A DNA stretch of 62,473 nucleotides, filler included, from Sphacelaria rigidula (GCA_964200075.2; 7 parts of 7 records of this genome joined end to end with filler, not necessarily neighbours in it), one strand, 5' to 3'; numbered from the whole stretch's first letter, positions 23,724-36,670 are shown. The notes: generated by a model from the letters alone, not told the origin. Numbers and translations are program-made.

Positions 23724-25556
23724 ACGACCCCCGCCCCCCGCCATCCCTCTACTTGCCGCCAAGGCCTCGACACTCACGTGGTGCCTTCCCCACACCTACT
23801 CCGCTGCCGCCGCTCGAAGTTCCCTGAGGGTGGTTGATGTACACGCGCCGAGCAGAAATCGCACACGGATCACCATCACGAAGAACATTCCAGCTACGCT
23901 CACAGGGCTTGTTGGACCTAAAAAATAAAATAAAAAGCCGCCGACTGTTTCCAGCCTGCCCGTTTTGAGACCAAGCTTTTTTTTTGTCCTTCCAAACGCG
24001 AAAAGACGACGAGGACGATGACTCGCTCGACACGTCAGCAGACAAACGGAACGACGGACGAACTCCCGGGGATGACGTCGAAAGGAAGGTGATCGTGCAC
24101 GCTTCTTTCTGCATTGTACAAAAATTGTAATGCCGTGCCGGGTATAGCATACCCGATATTTTGATATAGTGAAAAAGTCGCACATGACCTACCCAAGCCC
24201 CTCGCGGTGACTTGCATGGGCTTTAGGTAGGGGAACAGCGGCACTGGTCTGCCTGCTGCTGTTGGCATGGTTCGGATCTCCACTTCTCAAACACAACAGT
24301 ATCGGGTATACTCTACGCGACCCGCCCTTGAAAAAAAATGACAGATTGCGTGGAATGACAGACCGCACAATTCCACTTCCAAGTGCTAATACGGACCGAT
24401 ATAACTTTACGGAGATGGGGCAGAAACTCACTTGACCTTCTGACGTCCTCAGGCAACACCATCATACCCCTGCCCCTCCCCGCTCCCTCCCCCTAACCCA
24501 CACCATCGCCCCGCGTGACCAAGTATAATAGTAATGCTCATGATTGATTCATTCATTGATCGACCGACTGATTGTGTCACATCAAACGATCCGCCACACT
24601 AAAGGCACCACCTAACCAAACGTGAACACACGGAAACACTTTGGAATGAGCTCCCCTCAATTCAAGGAAAAACGAACAAGCACGAAATCACACCCCTCCT
24701 GTGGACAAATTTGTATCCCTGCATTGCACAAAAAGAGCGCACGATTGCATCACGTCACCACGGAGAATACCATCCAAATCTCACGAAACCCACGAGTCAC
24801 GGTCAACGAAACGCCTCCCTCTCCCTTGCGTGTTGGAAGATGGAGCATACACCACCCTTCGTTTGATACACACGCAACAGAAAAAACGGTCGCTTTACTT
24901 GAGCTCCGTGTCTCGAGAGTAAAGGTGGGCAGCTATCTCTCCGCCTCTCTAGTTCCGACAACACGAGTGAGGAGTGTCGTCAAAGCTCAAACGGCCCGAC
25001 TCCTCATGCAGACAAGCGAAGGCGTTTTCCGAAGTGAAAGTCGAGCGATCCTGCCTCTCGTCTCCGCTATGTCGAATGCAACATCTTTGGGTTGACAGTA
25101 CAGAGGGTATTCACAGGTCACCCCTTGCCTACACACACAAGAATTTCACTGCGCGGGTCTCAAAAAGTATCGTTGTTTCGGAGATATATAGCGACGATAC
25201 AACTCTGAACTGCCTCCCTCTTCATAAACCCCCCCTTGCAGCTCTGGAGTTCAAGATGTTGAGTAAGCACCCCCTTCACACCTGATATTTTCCATCAACC
25301 CTTCGATGAGCGCTCGCAAATAAGCACGTTAGTCTGACAATTTATTATCCAATATTATATCAAGGCCAAATCAAATAATACGACACATCTGGATAGCCAA
25401 AGTTTCGGAAAACACACTTGCACCCGCCCGTATAACCGTCATGCCACCTGCGAACCGAACACTCGCCGCCGCCCTTCCACCCACCCTGTGCGTGTGCATC
25501 GAAATTTCCTGCAACATCACCATGTAGCCACTACAATCGCCACAACTGATGCTCAC

Positions 25557-26024
25557 CTCCCCAGTCTTCTGCCCTGCACCATCACCCACCCCGCCCGCTG
25601 CTCCACCCTCGCCCCCAGCAGCGGCCTTAAGCGGCGTACTTCCCCACGCATTACTTCCACCCTTCCCGCCGGCGGCCGCAAACGACGTGAACGAGGAAAA
25701 AGAAGGCGCCCCGCCGGCGGCGCTCCCGAACGACAGCGTTGCGGGGGGCGCCGCCGTTGACGCTGGCTTCAACAAGGAAGTCGGCGCCGACGACGACGTC
25801 GAAGGGAACGCCGGTGTTGCGAAGGAAGAGCCGCTGGTATTTGTGGAGCTCGGCGCGGTGCTGGCCGTCGGGTGTGCCTCGGTTGTTTTCGCCAGTCCGT
25901 TTGTCGCTGCCGTGGAGGTGATGCTGTCGCTGCCGCTAGTGGAGCTGCTGGTTGCCGGGGAAGAGCCGAAACCAGCGAAGGTCAGGGGGGGCGACTTCGA
26001 CGCAGCTATCCCTGTTGCCAAGGA
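25557..26024 (-). CDS. FG/S/T/A-rich exon of a nucleoporin-like protein (Nup50/Nup2-like architecture together with the downstream RanBP1 exon)
   Basis: accag|SLATGIAAS..LTFAGFG..LSFG..PSFSSFTSF..QKTGE|gtgagc; 156 codons, phase 0-0. Confidence 0.8.
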
Positions 26025-26204
26025 CTGGTGGTGTTGTTTAGATAGCAGCGGCGGCGGGAAGGAGGGGGATTAGGACTAGGGCGGCGGCAGCAGCGGATGG
26101 GGAGCGCGAGGGTAGAAGAGTGATTATGACTTCTCGGTGATGACGTTTTCCCCTTCCCGCCATACTGCCAATGTCCTCCGCCCGCCGCCCCGTGAACGTG
26201 ATGA

Positions 26205-26330
26205 GATATGGAAGAAACGTAATGGGCGCCAGAATGTTAAAGGTGTCTATTAGGAGTAGGAACGGTGCTCCGTCTCGAAAGGGATGTGTGGTCAATGGTC
26301 AGACGACTAAGGCAAGCAACACATGAGAAC
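26205..26330 (+). mobile_element. Poly-C-targeting element, subfamily A, TSD ccgccgccccgt
   Basis: The 12-mer occurs at ~26182-26193 and ~26338-26349. Confidence 0.85.
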
Positions 26331-26665
26331 GCCCCCCCCGCCGCCCCGTCATTTCCTCCTCCGGCCTCGGAATGAGCCCGTGGTCCCGACATATCAATCC
26401 ATTTCTCCTTTTGGTGACAGCTTGCCAAATCGATTCGAGCAATGGATCAGCACTCTCGACCCCAACGTCGACTTCTGTTCACTTTTCGTGAACTCACTCC
26501 AAATCATGGGTCATCACGAGGGGGAAGTACAATAAGACACTAATGTATGCAGTCCGTCTCCACATGCAAGTGATGGGGCAAAATCCACGGTGCTACCACC
26601 TGTCACCTACGGTTAACAAAAAATAAAATAAAATAAAATAAAATAAGCAATTCCCCCCCCCCCCA

Positions 26666-26717
26666 CGATGGTAGTCGAGCTAGATCATGTTGTGCGGCGT
26701 GGGAGAACCTCAACTCC
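26666..26717 (+). mobile_element. 5'-truncated long-form poly-C element starting right after a C run; cut by the contig end
   Basis: Matches 20067-20117 in reverse. Confidence 0.75.
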
Positions 26718-27367
26718 NNNNNNNNNNNNNNNNNNNNNNNNNNNNNNNNNNNNNNNNNNNNTTAATTAATTAANNNNNNNNNNNNNNNNNNNNNNNNNNN
26801 NNNNNNNNNNNNNNNNNGGAAAAGAAAAGCATACGTGGAATAAAAAAATGACTCACTCAAAGCGAATGATCAAAGCCACTCTCAATCGTATTATCTACTC
26901 TCAATCTCACGAAAACGTACAATATACTGCACCATACAGCATGGGCATGGTACTGGCAGAAAAGAACGTTCGAGATATGACGGTGGTAGGTGTTGAACTC
27001 ACGGTTTAGTGCTCGAGAGTATGACGAGATACACATTGAATCACCTACAATTTGTTGTTGCTGTGGCACATGGTTTCGTGCTTCTTTTAAATATCAAGCA
27101 AAAACCTCCATAGACAACAGCATGATTGATTGAGTGCTTATTCTGAACATCATTTGGTTTGTCTTGGTAGACATTGGACAACGGGGTTTTAATTAACTGT
27201 GTGGATAGATATGCGAGGTATACACCGTCATTGCCGCATCCACGTCTGAAGCCGAAGCGTCGTATCTCAGCTCCGGCATATTGACATACACTCGTAAGCA
27301 GTGTTTGGGATTTGTTTCCAGCAAAAGCTGTTGAGAATTCTATCCCTTAGCCCAACTGATGACTAAT

Positions 27368-27589
27368 GCCGAGATAGCCCCCCCACAAAAAGTACACCGG
27401 ACACCATCCAACGAACCGGCTGCGATCCCACTGTTGGNNNNNNNNNNATGAGAGGCGTGTAGCAGTCCGAAATCAGCTATAACGCCCAAATGAGTCGCGT
27501 CGTGCAGCACGAAACCAGCTTTAACGGCAGTTGTGATCATCGCCTCCGTGCACGTTTTTGGCCGGTTTGGGGGGGGGGCTATCTCGGCA
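27368..27589. mobile_element. MITE with TIR GCCGAGATAGCCCCCCC, related to the 250-bp MITE; contains a real 10-N gap
   Basis: gccgagatagccccccc ... gggggggctatctcggc. Confidence 0.6.
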
Positions 27590-27864
27590 GCAGTCTGATG
27601 CATAAATTGGGGGGCAAGAGAATGAATTATTTTCAACAATCTTTGCTGCATCTCGGATCCCATCCGCTGACTACGGTGCTGTGTGCGGAACTTGCACAGT
27701 TGAGGCTGTTTGCAATAAGTTCTCTTTTTGCCCGATTTCCCGATGAATTAGCGGGCAAAGTGAGGCTTTATTTCGAACTCCTTCTCCTGTTTACATTCCA
27801 AATCCGCCAGTGTGTATCGGATTTGTGGAGCAGATGAAGCTCTTGAAAATAATGTTTTTGCCCA

Positions 27865-28115
27865 GACACTTTCTAAGATAGCCCCTCCCCAAAACCAGCC
27901 CAAACGTGCTACGAAAAAAAGGGCCATACAGTGCCTGATGTTTGGGTTCAGGCTGGATGAAGCGCCTCATATTGGCAACATTGGCGAGAATGAACCCAAG
28001 CGTGGGAGTTCCCAGCTGCTCGTTGTGCTCGGCTTTTCTTATTTCGATTCACGTGAAGATTCCGCCTCCTAAAACTATGCACTTTTTTGGGGGGGGGGCT
28101 ATCGTAGAAAGTGTC
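27865..28115. mobile_element. 250-bp MITE with perfect 4-bp TSD CCCA, nested at the centre of a foldback (~27810-28185)
   Basis: ccca|gacactttctaagatagcc ... gctatcgtagaaagtgtc|ccca. Confidence 0.85.
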
Positions 28116-28679
28116 CCCACTTAAACTGGGCAAAAAAAGACTTCATTTTGAACAGCTTCGTCTTCTCTACAAATCCCGTACATGTGTATGGGATTGGTGC
28201 AGCAGACGAAGCTGTTAAAAAAAGGATCTATTTCGAATAGCCTCTTCTGCTGACCGAAATAAAATTCTCTTTTTGCCCGATTGCCCAATTGGATATCGGG
28301 CAAAAAAACGATTTATGTCGAAGAGCGTTTCTAAATAAATACATTTATAGATTCTGCAACAGAATAATTTGGGATTTTCAAATCAGGAGAGCCTCTCCAC
28401 AGGGCTGCTTACAGGGTCTCGAGAAAAACGCTACACAAAATGCTGGTAGAGGTACTCGGGTTTGCAAATGCCGTGCAGGGGCTTCTAGAAAGACTGCGAA
28501 GAACTCTGTGCTGCACGTCCTACCTGGTACTATCTGTCCACGTGTGAACGCCGTCGTAGCAGGAAGCTCATGCGAATGGAAACGAAACCCGCGAGGGCTT
28601 GGGCGCGGGACGGAGGCGGGGCATCATCCCATCTTCGCTACGCTGACACCCGCTCTAATACGGTGTAACGTTTTTTTCA

Positions 28680-29165
28680 TAGGGTATTTGGAAGTTTTGG
28701 AATCGACACTCCTTTCATTTAAGTGGAGACTTGACATGGGCTTTCCCGACGTGTTGGGCCTGTTGGAGGCCTCCAGGTGCTACCTGGGACGACCACAAGC
28801 CATTGAGGCCACCACCTAACGATCGTGTATCCCGCGACAGTCCATGGTACAACCTGTCATGTTCGATTGATTTTAATCCTTGTCGTATTCTTCATCCGTC
28901 GGATTTTGCACCCTTCGTCTTCATCGGAACGAGTGCCGTGGTCTCCAGAGGACAGCCCAACATTTTGGCCCCGCGAATTGGACCAGCACTTCCGCACGGC
29001 GTCGATTCTCCCCAATCAAACAAGTCCACCACTCCTGGGTAATCACACTCTCGACGGCGGGAATTACATACCTCGAAGAACACCCCCAAAACACGGGGAT
29101 CGAACCCTCGTGTTTTTAACCCTGACGGTGACAGTCTGATCATTAGACCACAGGGCGCGGCGGCT
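28680..29165 (-). mobile_element. tRNA-derived SINE, family 2-related; 3' limit uncertain
   Basis: A box tggtctaatga and B box ggttcgatcc; similar to the 12423 copy. Confidence 0.65.
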
Positions 29166-29582
29166 GAAATGCCTCTCCCAAGGATTCATGCCACTCAACG
29201 TCTTGCGCCAACAGGCAGATGTGGCACGAAAACTTGGGAGCTCGTAGCTATATTTTGTCTGTCTACTCTTTCTTCAGTATAGTATCTGTTTACAGCCTAC
29301 GCGCCTCTGCATACGTTTGATCCTTGTCGGTTGCAGTTTATTAAGAACTCGCCGCCGTCCAGAACAGATGTTACTGCAGACGAATATGCGAGCACCTGAC
29401 TTCAGCACCGCGAGTTTCCTCGCACGCCACACAACCTCAGGGTGTTGTCTTTTCTGTCCAGAAAACACGTCACGATCGGAACTCCAACCCTTCATCTACA
29501 CTTCTGCACTTTCAGGACGTACGTAGACCACATACATAACTCGAGGACTCCTGATGCAAACCTTTCCTCTCGTCTACCTGAC

Positions 29583-29855
29583 CACGACGTACATGGGTCT
29601 GTACTTTTGGGCAAAGCGGGGTGGTCGTCCTCCTCCCAAGGGAAGTGGCCAAAGTTTCTGCTCCTGCTGAGTGAGGTGATCCCGGGTCCGCCTGCATGCG
29701 ATGAAGTTACCGCCCCGTCGCGTGTCCTCGGCGTGGTGTCCGGTTGCGTATAGGGGTGTCCGGTTCCAGATAGGGATGTCAGGTTCCAGGAAGGGGTGTC
29801 ACCAACCAAAAACGTGTCCATGACCCAAGGTGGAGGCCTAACCTGAGACAGGGTT
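29583..29855 (+). repeat. Diverged direct repeat, copy 1 (copy 2 at ~31938-32290, with more tgtccggtt subunits)
   Basis: acgacgta...gggaagtggccaaagtttct...cgtggtgtccggtt present twice. Confidence 0.8.
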
Positions 29856-30064
29856 TACACAGTGTAGCTTGTTTTGGGGATATTACGAGGCATAGTGTGG
29901 TTCAATTTCGTGGTAGATAACAGTTGTATAATATGAATTTTTTTTAGATGCGTTGAGGCTAGCACCCACCCTCCCTCTCGTGTGGAACCTAAGCAACGAC
30001 CTTCGGAAAACACTGTCTTGCTCCTATAAGCCAACAGAGTCCCTACTGGTGAGCCTCTGTATGT

Positions 30065-30822
30065 GGGCCGTTTCTTTTACTTTAGAACCCGCATCAGCTG
30101 TATGTAGTTTTACTATCCCTCCTGACAGTCCCAAACAGGGTCTGATCCAGGGACAGAAACCGCTGGCACCCTCCCCCTCAGATAGGATTTGTGACAACCT
30201 CGCATGGTTGGGATTAGCGCGCAGGGAAAGTCCTGAAGGGACAGATCATTTTCTTGGAAAGCAGTCATTCATTGTAACGGGTATAACGCGTTCAAGCAAG
30301 TGAATTTCGATTTTGAACAGGGAAAGATGTACTACGATACCCCTGAATACTATTCTACATGTTTCATTCCGAGCGATTTTCTCCAAATACCCGTACAGTT
30401 GTCACAAATCTTATCTGAGGGGGAGGGTGCCAGCGGTTTCCGTCCCTGGATCAGACCCCGTTTGGGACTGCACGGGTGGCCACTGGGGTCTGTAACCTGG
30501 CCATTTTGGGACCTTATCCACCTTTGGTAAGGTCCGCGGATCGGGTAGACAACTGAGGAGCATTCGCACAGCATGGACAGGATCGAAACAAAACATGTCC
30601 CAGTCTATAGGCGGGTGACTCCCCTGTAGACTGGAACATGTTTTGTTTCGAACCTGTCCATGCTGTGCGAATGTTCTTCAGTTGTCCACCTAATCCGCGG
30701 ACCTTACTAAAGGTGGATAAGGTCCCAAAATGGACAGGTTACAGACCCCAGTGGCCACCCGTGTATCAGGAGGGATATTAAAACTACAGCTGATGCGGGT
30801 TCTAAAATAAAAGAAACGGCCC
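30065..30822. mobile_element. Three nested foldback elements: outer GGGCC..GGCCC, inner CAGT..ACTG (30126-30470) and inner CACGGG..CCCGTG hairpin (30471-30763)
   Basis: Each layer has its own inverted arms (~60, ~72 and ~140 bp). Confidence 0.9.
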
Positions 30823-32799
30823 GGATTCTGCAACCGCGTTGCTCTACAGAAGTATTGTTCCACAGCCTCACCGCGAAGCCGGTTCTCAACACAGCCACGG
30901 CGGAAGTGGCCATACGAGGTGTGATAGCGGGTGCAGACGGGATGAAGCGCCTCGCATGGGCGCTACTGGCGAAAAAAACCCAAGCGTGGGATTAACCCTT
31001 ATCCCCGTTGTGAGTGTCTGCAGATTTATTGATTGTGGGGCATCCATTTTTATCCAACTGACGGTTGTCCTGTAGTGATGCTGTGTACTCTGGTGATGGT
31101 ATATCTCAGCAGACTGCTGAATGATGCTGTGTGTCAAAGATCGCTGGCGTCTGTCGCCGCATTAGATCGTTTCGCTGACGGCGGTCGTCGCCGGCGCAAC
31201 AGTATGAAGTCTCTCTCAGATACTCAACAACAGGCGCTCAAAACCTCGACGACTAGTCCAAATAAGTATGTTTCCAGCATGCTTTGTTACGTGTTCCCTA
31301 GGGCTTAGACGCAGGTCCTGCTCAGAAACAAATGCCTCACAATCGATCACGGCGGGTTTTTTGTTGAACTGCTCATCATCATGCTTGCCCTGCCGTGCAG
31401 ACACTTCTGGGTGAGGGTTACATGGTCTGACCCGGTTGCGAATTCCGAGCCTTTTGGATGAAGCAAATGAAATTTCGATGGTCCGTTGAACCTCACACCC
31501 ATGTTGAACCTCAGAAACGAACCCAGGCTGTTATAACATAACGGAGCTGACCCCTTTCTTTCTTCCAACCTGCCGTAACACAACCCGGACACAGGCATGA
31601 AATTACGAAGACCAACCATCCTTCCCCTTCAACATACCATGACATAGCCTGAGCATAAAAAAACATGGAATGACGGCACAATCCACTATTTTCCTTGAAC
31701 CCACCATAAAGCATAGCCTGGAGATGAACATCAACTGGCGAAGCTAGCCAAGGGGGAAGAGGTATACCAGCAGTCGAAAGGAGGAGGGAGTACATGCACA
31801 GGATCGGCCCTGCGGCAACGCATTAGAGAATTGAACTCATACGTATAATCGCACAGCTATTGATTTATACAAAAGAAAAAACATCGACGACAGTGGTTGC
31901 GTGCACGGACCATATCTACACGATGCAGCACGGTAAACACGACGTATATGAGTCTGTACCATTGACCAGCGCGGGTTGGTCCTCCTCCTCCCGAGGGAAG
32001 TGGCCAAAGTTTCTCCTCCACCTGAGTGAGGTGATTCTTGGTCCACCTGCTTGCGAGGAAGTTACCACCCCATCGCGTGTCCTCCGCGTGGTGTCCGGTT
32101 CCAGTCAGGGCTGTCCGGTTGCGCATGGGGGTGTCCGGTTCAAGATGAGTTTATCCCGTTCCACAGGCGGTCCGGTTGCAGATAGGGCGATCCTTTTCCG
32201 GAAAGGGTTGTCCGGTTCCAGAGGGGGTTGTCCTTTACCAAAAACGTGTCCATAACCCAAGGGGGCCTCTAACCTGCGACAGGGCTTTTGGATATAGATC
32301 TTGGCTCTGTCGGTCTGATTACAGTGCTTGACTTTCATGTGAGAGTTGGCAGTAAAAGTTCTGAGTTCCACATGCTGGGCAGGTGAGAATTAATAGTAAG
32401 GTTTTGAGTTCCACATGCTCGACATATGATAATAGTGCCGATTTTGATATGGCCCTTGGTTCTTTGCTGATTCAGTCTATTGACAGTACTTGAGTCCATG
32501 CGATAGTTGGATAGGAAAGGTTCCGAGTTGTACATGCTTAACGGCTGATCACGGACTGAATGTTGCTCATTGTTGATTTAGTCTGCTCACATTATACGTG
32601 AGTTCATGTGCGCGTCCGGCAGTATTTTCGGGTTCTTGTCGGGTCGACTGTTGATGGCGTGGTTCCCGGGGAATCATTCGTTGCTTGGTAGACGGTTGGG
32701 TGTTGTGGTCAGAGTTTCGTTTTGGTCCTGCCTTCTGACTCTCTTGGGTTCTTGGTGTGAGGTAACTATGCATGTAAAGTTGGTCCCTGTTGTACGGTC

Positions 32800-33330
32800 G
32801 AAGAGTTAACAGAAGTTTGGACAACTTCTTGCCTCCGCGGTCCACTCGAAAGCTCACTCGTAAGCGTCGTTTGGGGGTGAGGCTTGCCTGCTCGTATTGT
32901 ATTGTAATGGAATCTCCACTTCTCGTGAATAATTGGGTCGGCTGCTGTGCAGTTTAGCGCTTGCAGTGAATTGATTTGGGCTGACTGCTGCACCGTTTCG
33001 TGGATGCAGTGATGTGAAGCTCATCGAACAGCAAAGCGTGAGCCACTGTTCTTGGGAACTCAGGGCAAAGATTCAGTCGGCTTCCTTCTGATAACATCTC
33101 AAGCTAAGCCCCACAAAAAGTCGCATACATTGTATCACTGACCGCTATGGATAAGTGAGGAGGGTGATGAAGTCGGGGTCTTTTCAAGGCCATGGCGGTT
33201 GCGCTCCGGGCGAAAAGGTACCTCGAGCACTCAGCGGTTTTCCTTCAAATCGATGTGACATTTGAATTACGATTTCTACGCAACGTTTACCCACTCTCCA
33301 CATGCTCAAAATCGTAGTAAACACCATTAG
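32800..33330 (-). pseudogene. Possible decayed Penelope-like RT N-terminal region
   Basis: HYNTIRAGKPHPQ...SS....KKLSKLLLTL resembles Y...K.HK.P..R...S....K.LSKLL. Confidence 0.3.
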
Positions 33331-33332
33331 CT

Positions 33333-33581
33333 GGTACTTTCGACGATAGACCCCCCCCAAAACCAGCCCAAAAGTGTCACGATACAAATGACCATACAGC
33401 GCCTGATGTTTGGATTCAGGCTGTATGGAGCGCCTCATTATGGCGACATTGGCTAGAACGAACCCAAGCGTGGGGATGTCCAGCTACTCGTTGTGCTCGG
33501 CTTTCTCATCTCGATTACCGTGAAGATTTTGCTTCCCAAAACCATGCACGTTTTTGGGGTGGGGCTATTGTAGAATGTGTC
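33333..33581. mobile_element. 250-bp MITE copy
   Basis: Same TIR and body as 27865; flanks agct/agtt. Confidence 0.8.
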
Positions 33582-35939
33582 AGTTGGGGGAATCTAAAGG
33601 AGAAACATACTTGAGAACGGTGACTATAGCATCGGAATTTTACCCCAAACCGTGGTACTACGGTGATATGAGGTTTTGGCCTCGTTGGACTTCCACCGAT
33701 ATATATATATATATATACGCATATGAATCAAAGACTCAGAAACTTGCGGACAGGTGCCTTTATATATGTCGTAGAAGAGATCAGATCGCCCACAAATTCG
33801 GCAGTTCGGTAGGTATTGGTGCATAATGGGAAAAAAACGTTGAAACATGTTTCAAATTTTGTCGCCTCTCTAACGCCCTCCCGGGGTTCAGACGAGGAGT
33901 CCTCAGGAAGCCGGTACAGAGTTCCTTCGAGCACTAAATAACAAATGCAATTGTCCCGAGGTAGTCCAGCATTATTTGTATTAAGTTTCGTTGAGAACCT
34001 CGATAGACTGATCGAACGGGGTCGTTGTCATGTCGAAAAAGGCATTCGCCATACTAGAATCAACTCGTTCGGAGGTTGTACCGGCACGATGCTCTTCGGC
34101 ACAACCATTTGCAAAGCCTCACCCAATTTCTTCTCAGAGTTGGACTCTGAACACTTGCACACACATAGTGTAGGCCATCATGACACTTTTCTAGGACGTA
34201 GCTTTCTCTAGCTTGCTTTGCCGGTTACCGGGGATCCCAAAGTGTGATGCCGCGATGCCCGATCTGTGAACAATATAGTTGGGAACCCCGATATGAATAC
34301 AAGAAAACAAGTCGCAACACACACAAGATCGCTGAAATCCGCGTACATCGCAGCCAATGACTGAGTTACGACTCTCCTGACATGAAATTCGCTCTATTAC
34401 ATGCCCGATAATATGACCGCGTGCGAGAATTAAACTAGTACGGTAGGATACTACGATCCATCTACAAACGATCGGCGGGTATGAACAGATTCTAGTCGAC
34501 GAATGTGTGCTTGTATAAGGTGGAAATTGGATTGTTTGGGTTGACGCAGCTGCTTGGAGCTGGATACAGAGTTGTACCTGACCAGCCGCGGGCGTACGTC
34601 ACTACTGGCGCTTTGAATAGCCACAGCATGGCGCGTCAGGCTGGTTTTGTAGTATGGCAGGGTTGTATGCGTGGCTAGGGGTTTTTATGGGAAAGGACTC
34701 GACCCCCCCACGAGCGACCCACCGATCAGTCTGCAGGCATCTATTGGATATAAGAAGAGCTTTTTACCCATCACCTACCACCATCGGTCTCTCCTGTCTA
34801 CCGGTCGCGAGCCCACAGCCTTGACTTGAGTCTCTAGCTGTGCTGTACTATCACCCTTATCCTCGATTGTTATTTGTATTTAGGCTTTGCCCCCATCCGC
34901 CCCTGCCGCTTTTGCTGTTCGATTTTGCCCGGTCCTGTCGCCCTGAACGTGCCTGCGTAATGCCGCGAGTCATCCCACGGTCGTTGGTATCGCATCATAC
35001 CACGTTTATATCCTCTCCCGCTGGTATTTTTTGCTGTTGAATTTTTCCTCTGTCGCTATCAAATGTGTTATACTGGTGATCCCTTTCCCTCATCGCCTGC
35101 ATTTAGCAGTCATAGCCCACGGTGCACTATTATTGTCATTTTCTCCTTTCACCGACTCAATCACTTTTTTCTTCCCCTTTTTGCCCCCTTATCTGCCGTA
35201 TGTTACCTCTTGATTTTCCGCCGTTTGTCTCCTATATTTCTACAATTTCAGTTATATTCTCTACTCCCCGTGGCAATTTTACTCTACAGCCATCTTCGCC
35301 GTGTGTTTTTGCTACCTTCATGTTGCAAGCGTACAGCCCCGCCCATCCATGGTATTGTTTTTTGCAAATGTTTTGCTAGAGCCATTGCCTGACGCACGAA
35401 AGTACACCCCAGGTACATTTGTCTTGAGAAACCTGCGATGGCAAACTCCAGGGACGACCACTAAGCGCAACGAAAGCCAACTCGGGATAACGGGTGAGAT
35501 AGGGCATCGACAGCGCCTCCATCAATCGTAGCCAATGGCGGTTTGCTAGACATCTCAGAATATGGTGTAACCATATATCGGGAAGGTTGTAGCGTAAGAT
35601 TAACAGGTGGGTGCATCGAAGAAACGGGAGCTGGTGGGCGTCCTGCTGGGCTCTGGNNNNNNNNNNNNNNNNNNNNNNNNNNNNNNNNNNNNNNNNNNNN
35701 TTAATTAATTAANNNNNNNNNNNNNNNNNNNNNNNNNNNNNNNNNNNNNNNNNNNNTGATGATTCGTCCTAACCGTCGAACATTCCTCCCATAATGTCAG
35801 TGCCAGAGCCGATATTTCATATGGCGCGAAAGGTTGCGGCTATTGAATAAAGCAAAGCAAATTCATGGGTCATACGTCTGCGCAGCGCATCGCTTGTATC
35901 CGACAGGGTAATCCAAAACCGCAACAATGGTGTGTATTT

Positions 35940-36670
35940 TTCACACGTCGGACGAGCACGAGTATGACTCGTGGCACTCGCACTCCTTGGGCTGCTCGTT
36001 GGCCGTGACAATCAATAGGGCGAGCACTCGAGTCATTGCTCATTGTGGCGAAAATTAGTAGGGCGAGCGCTGGAGTCATTGATCATTGTGGAAGAAATTA
36101 ATAGGACGAGCACTCGAGTCATTGCTCGTTGCGGGAAAAAGTTGATAGAGCGAGCACTTGCCGGTCGCCCCGGTGGCCCAGTTGGTAACCTCGAAACCGT
36201 CTGACGGTTGGGTCGTGGGTTTGAATATCAGAGCGATCTGGGATTTTTTTTCACACAATGCCCAGCAGTGGAGAGCGACTACGTCGTGGGTACACCAAAT
36301 TCGACTTCATGGTCGACGAGGGAAGGGGACTGCTGAACCCCTCTCGCGATAAGAAATAAAGGCAAGCACCGCAAAAGGAAGGTGGAGAACTGAAACAAAC
36401 AAACAAAAAAAAGCTCATGTGTTGACCTTCCTCCTGTGTGACCCTGGCTGGTGCGCCCATATATACCGAAAGGCGTAGACCGACGTCCCGAATAAATGAG
36501 ACGGCAACATAACACACTCGAGGCATGGCTCGTTGTGGGAAAATATTAGTAGGGCGAGAACTCGAGTCATTGTTGTAGAAAAAATTAATGGGGCGAGCAC
36601 TCGAGTCATTGCTCGTTGTAAAAAAAAGTAATAACTCGAGCACACAAGTCGTGCTCGTGGTATTTTCGTA
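35940..36670 (+). repeat. 40-bp tandem-unit repeat family, interrupted by a SINE
   Basis: Homologous to 8345-8600. Confidence 0.8.
36161..36516 (+). mobile_element. tRNA-derived SINE family 1
   Basis: Colinear with the 4912-5276 copy. Confidence 0.85.

Noticed and set aside
24970-25090. TARLLMQ as the missing RanBP1-domain exon
   Set aside because: Wrong strand and upstream of the RanBP1 exon.
25549-26073. Plus-strand ORFs here and at 18621-19234 and 61754-62155
   Set aside because: Antisense shadows of GC-rich minus-strand exons.
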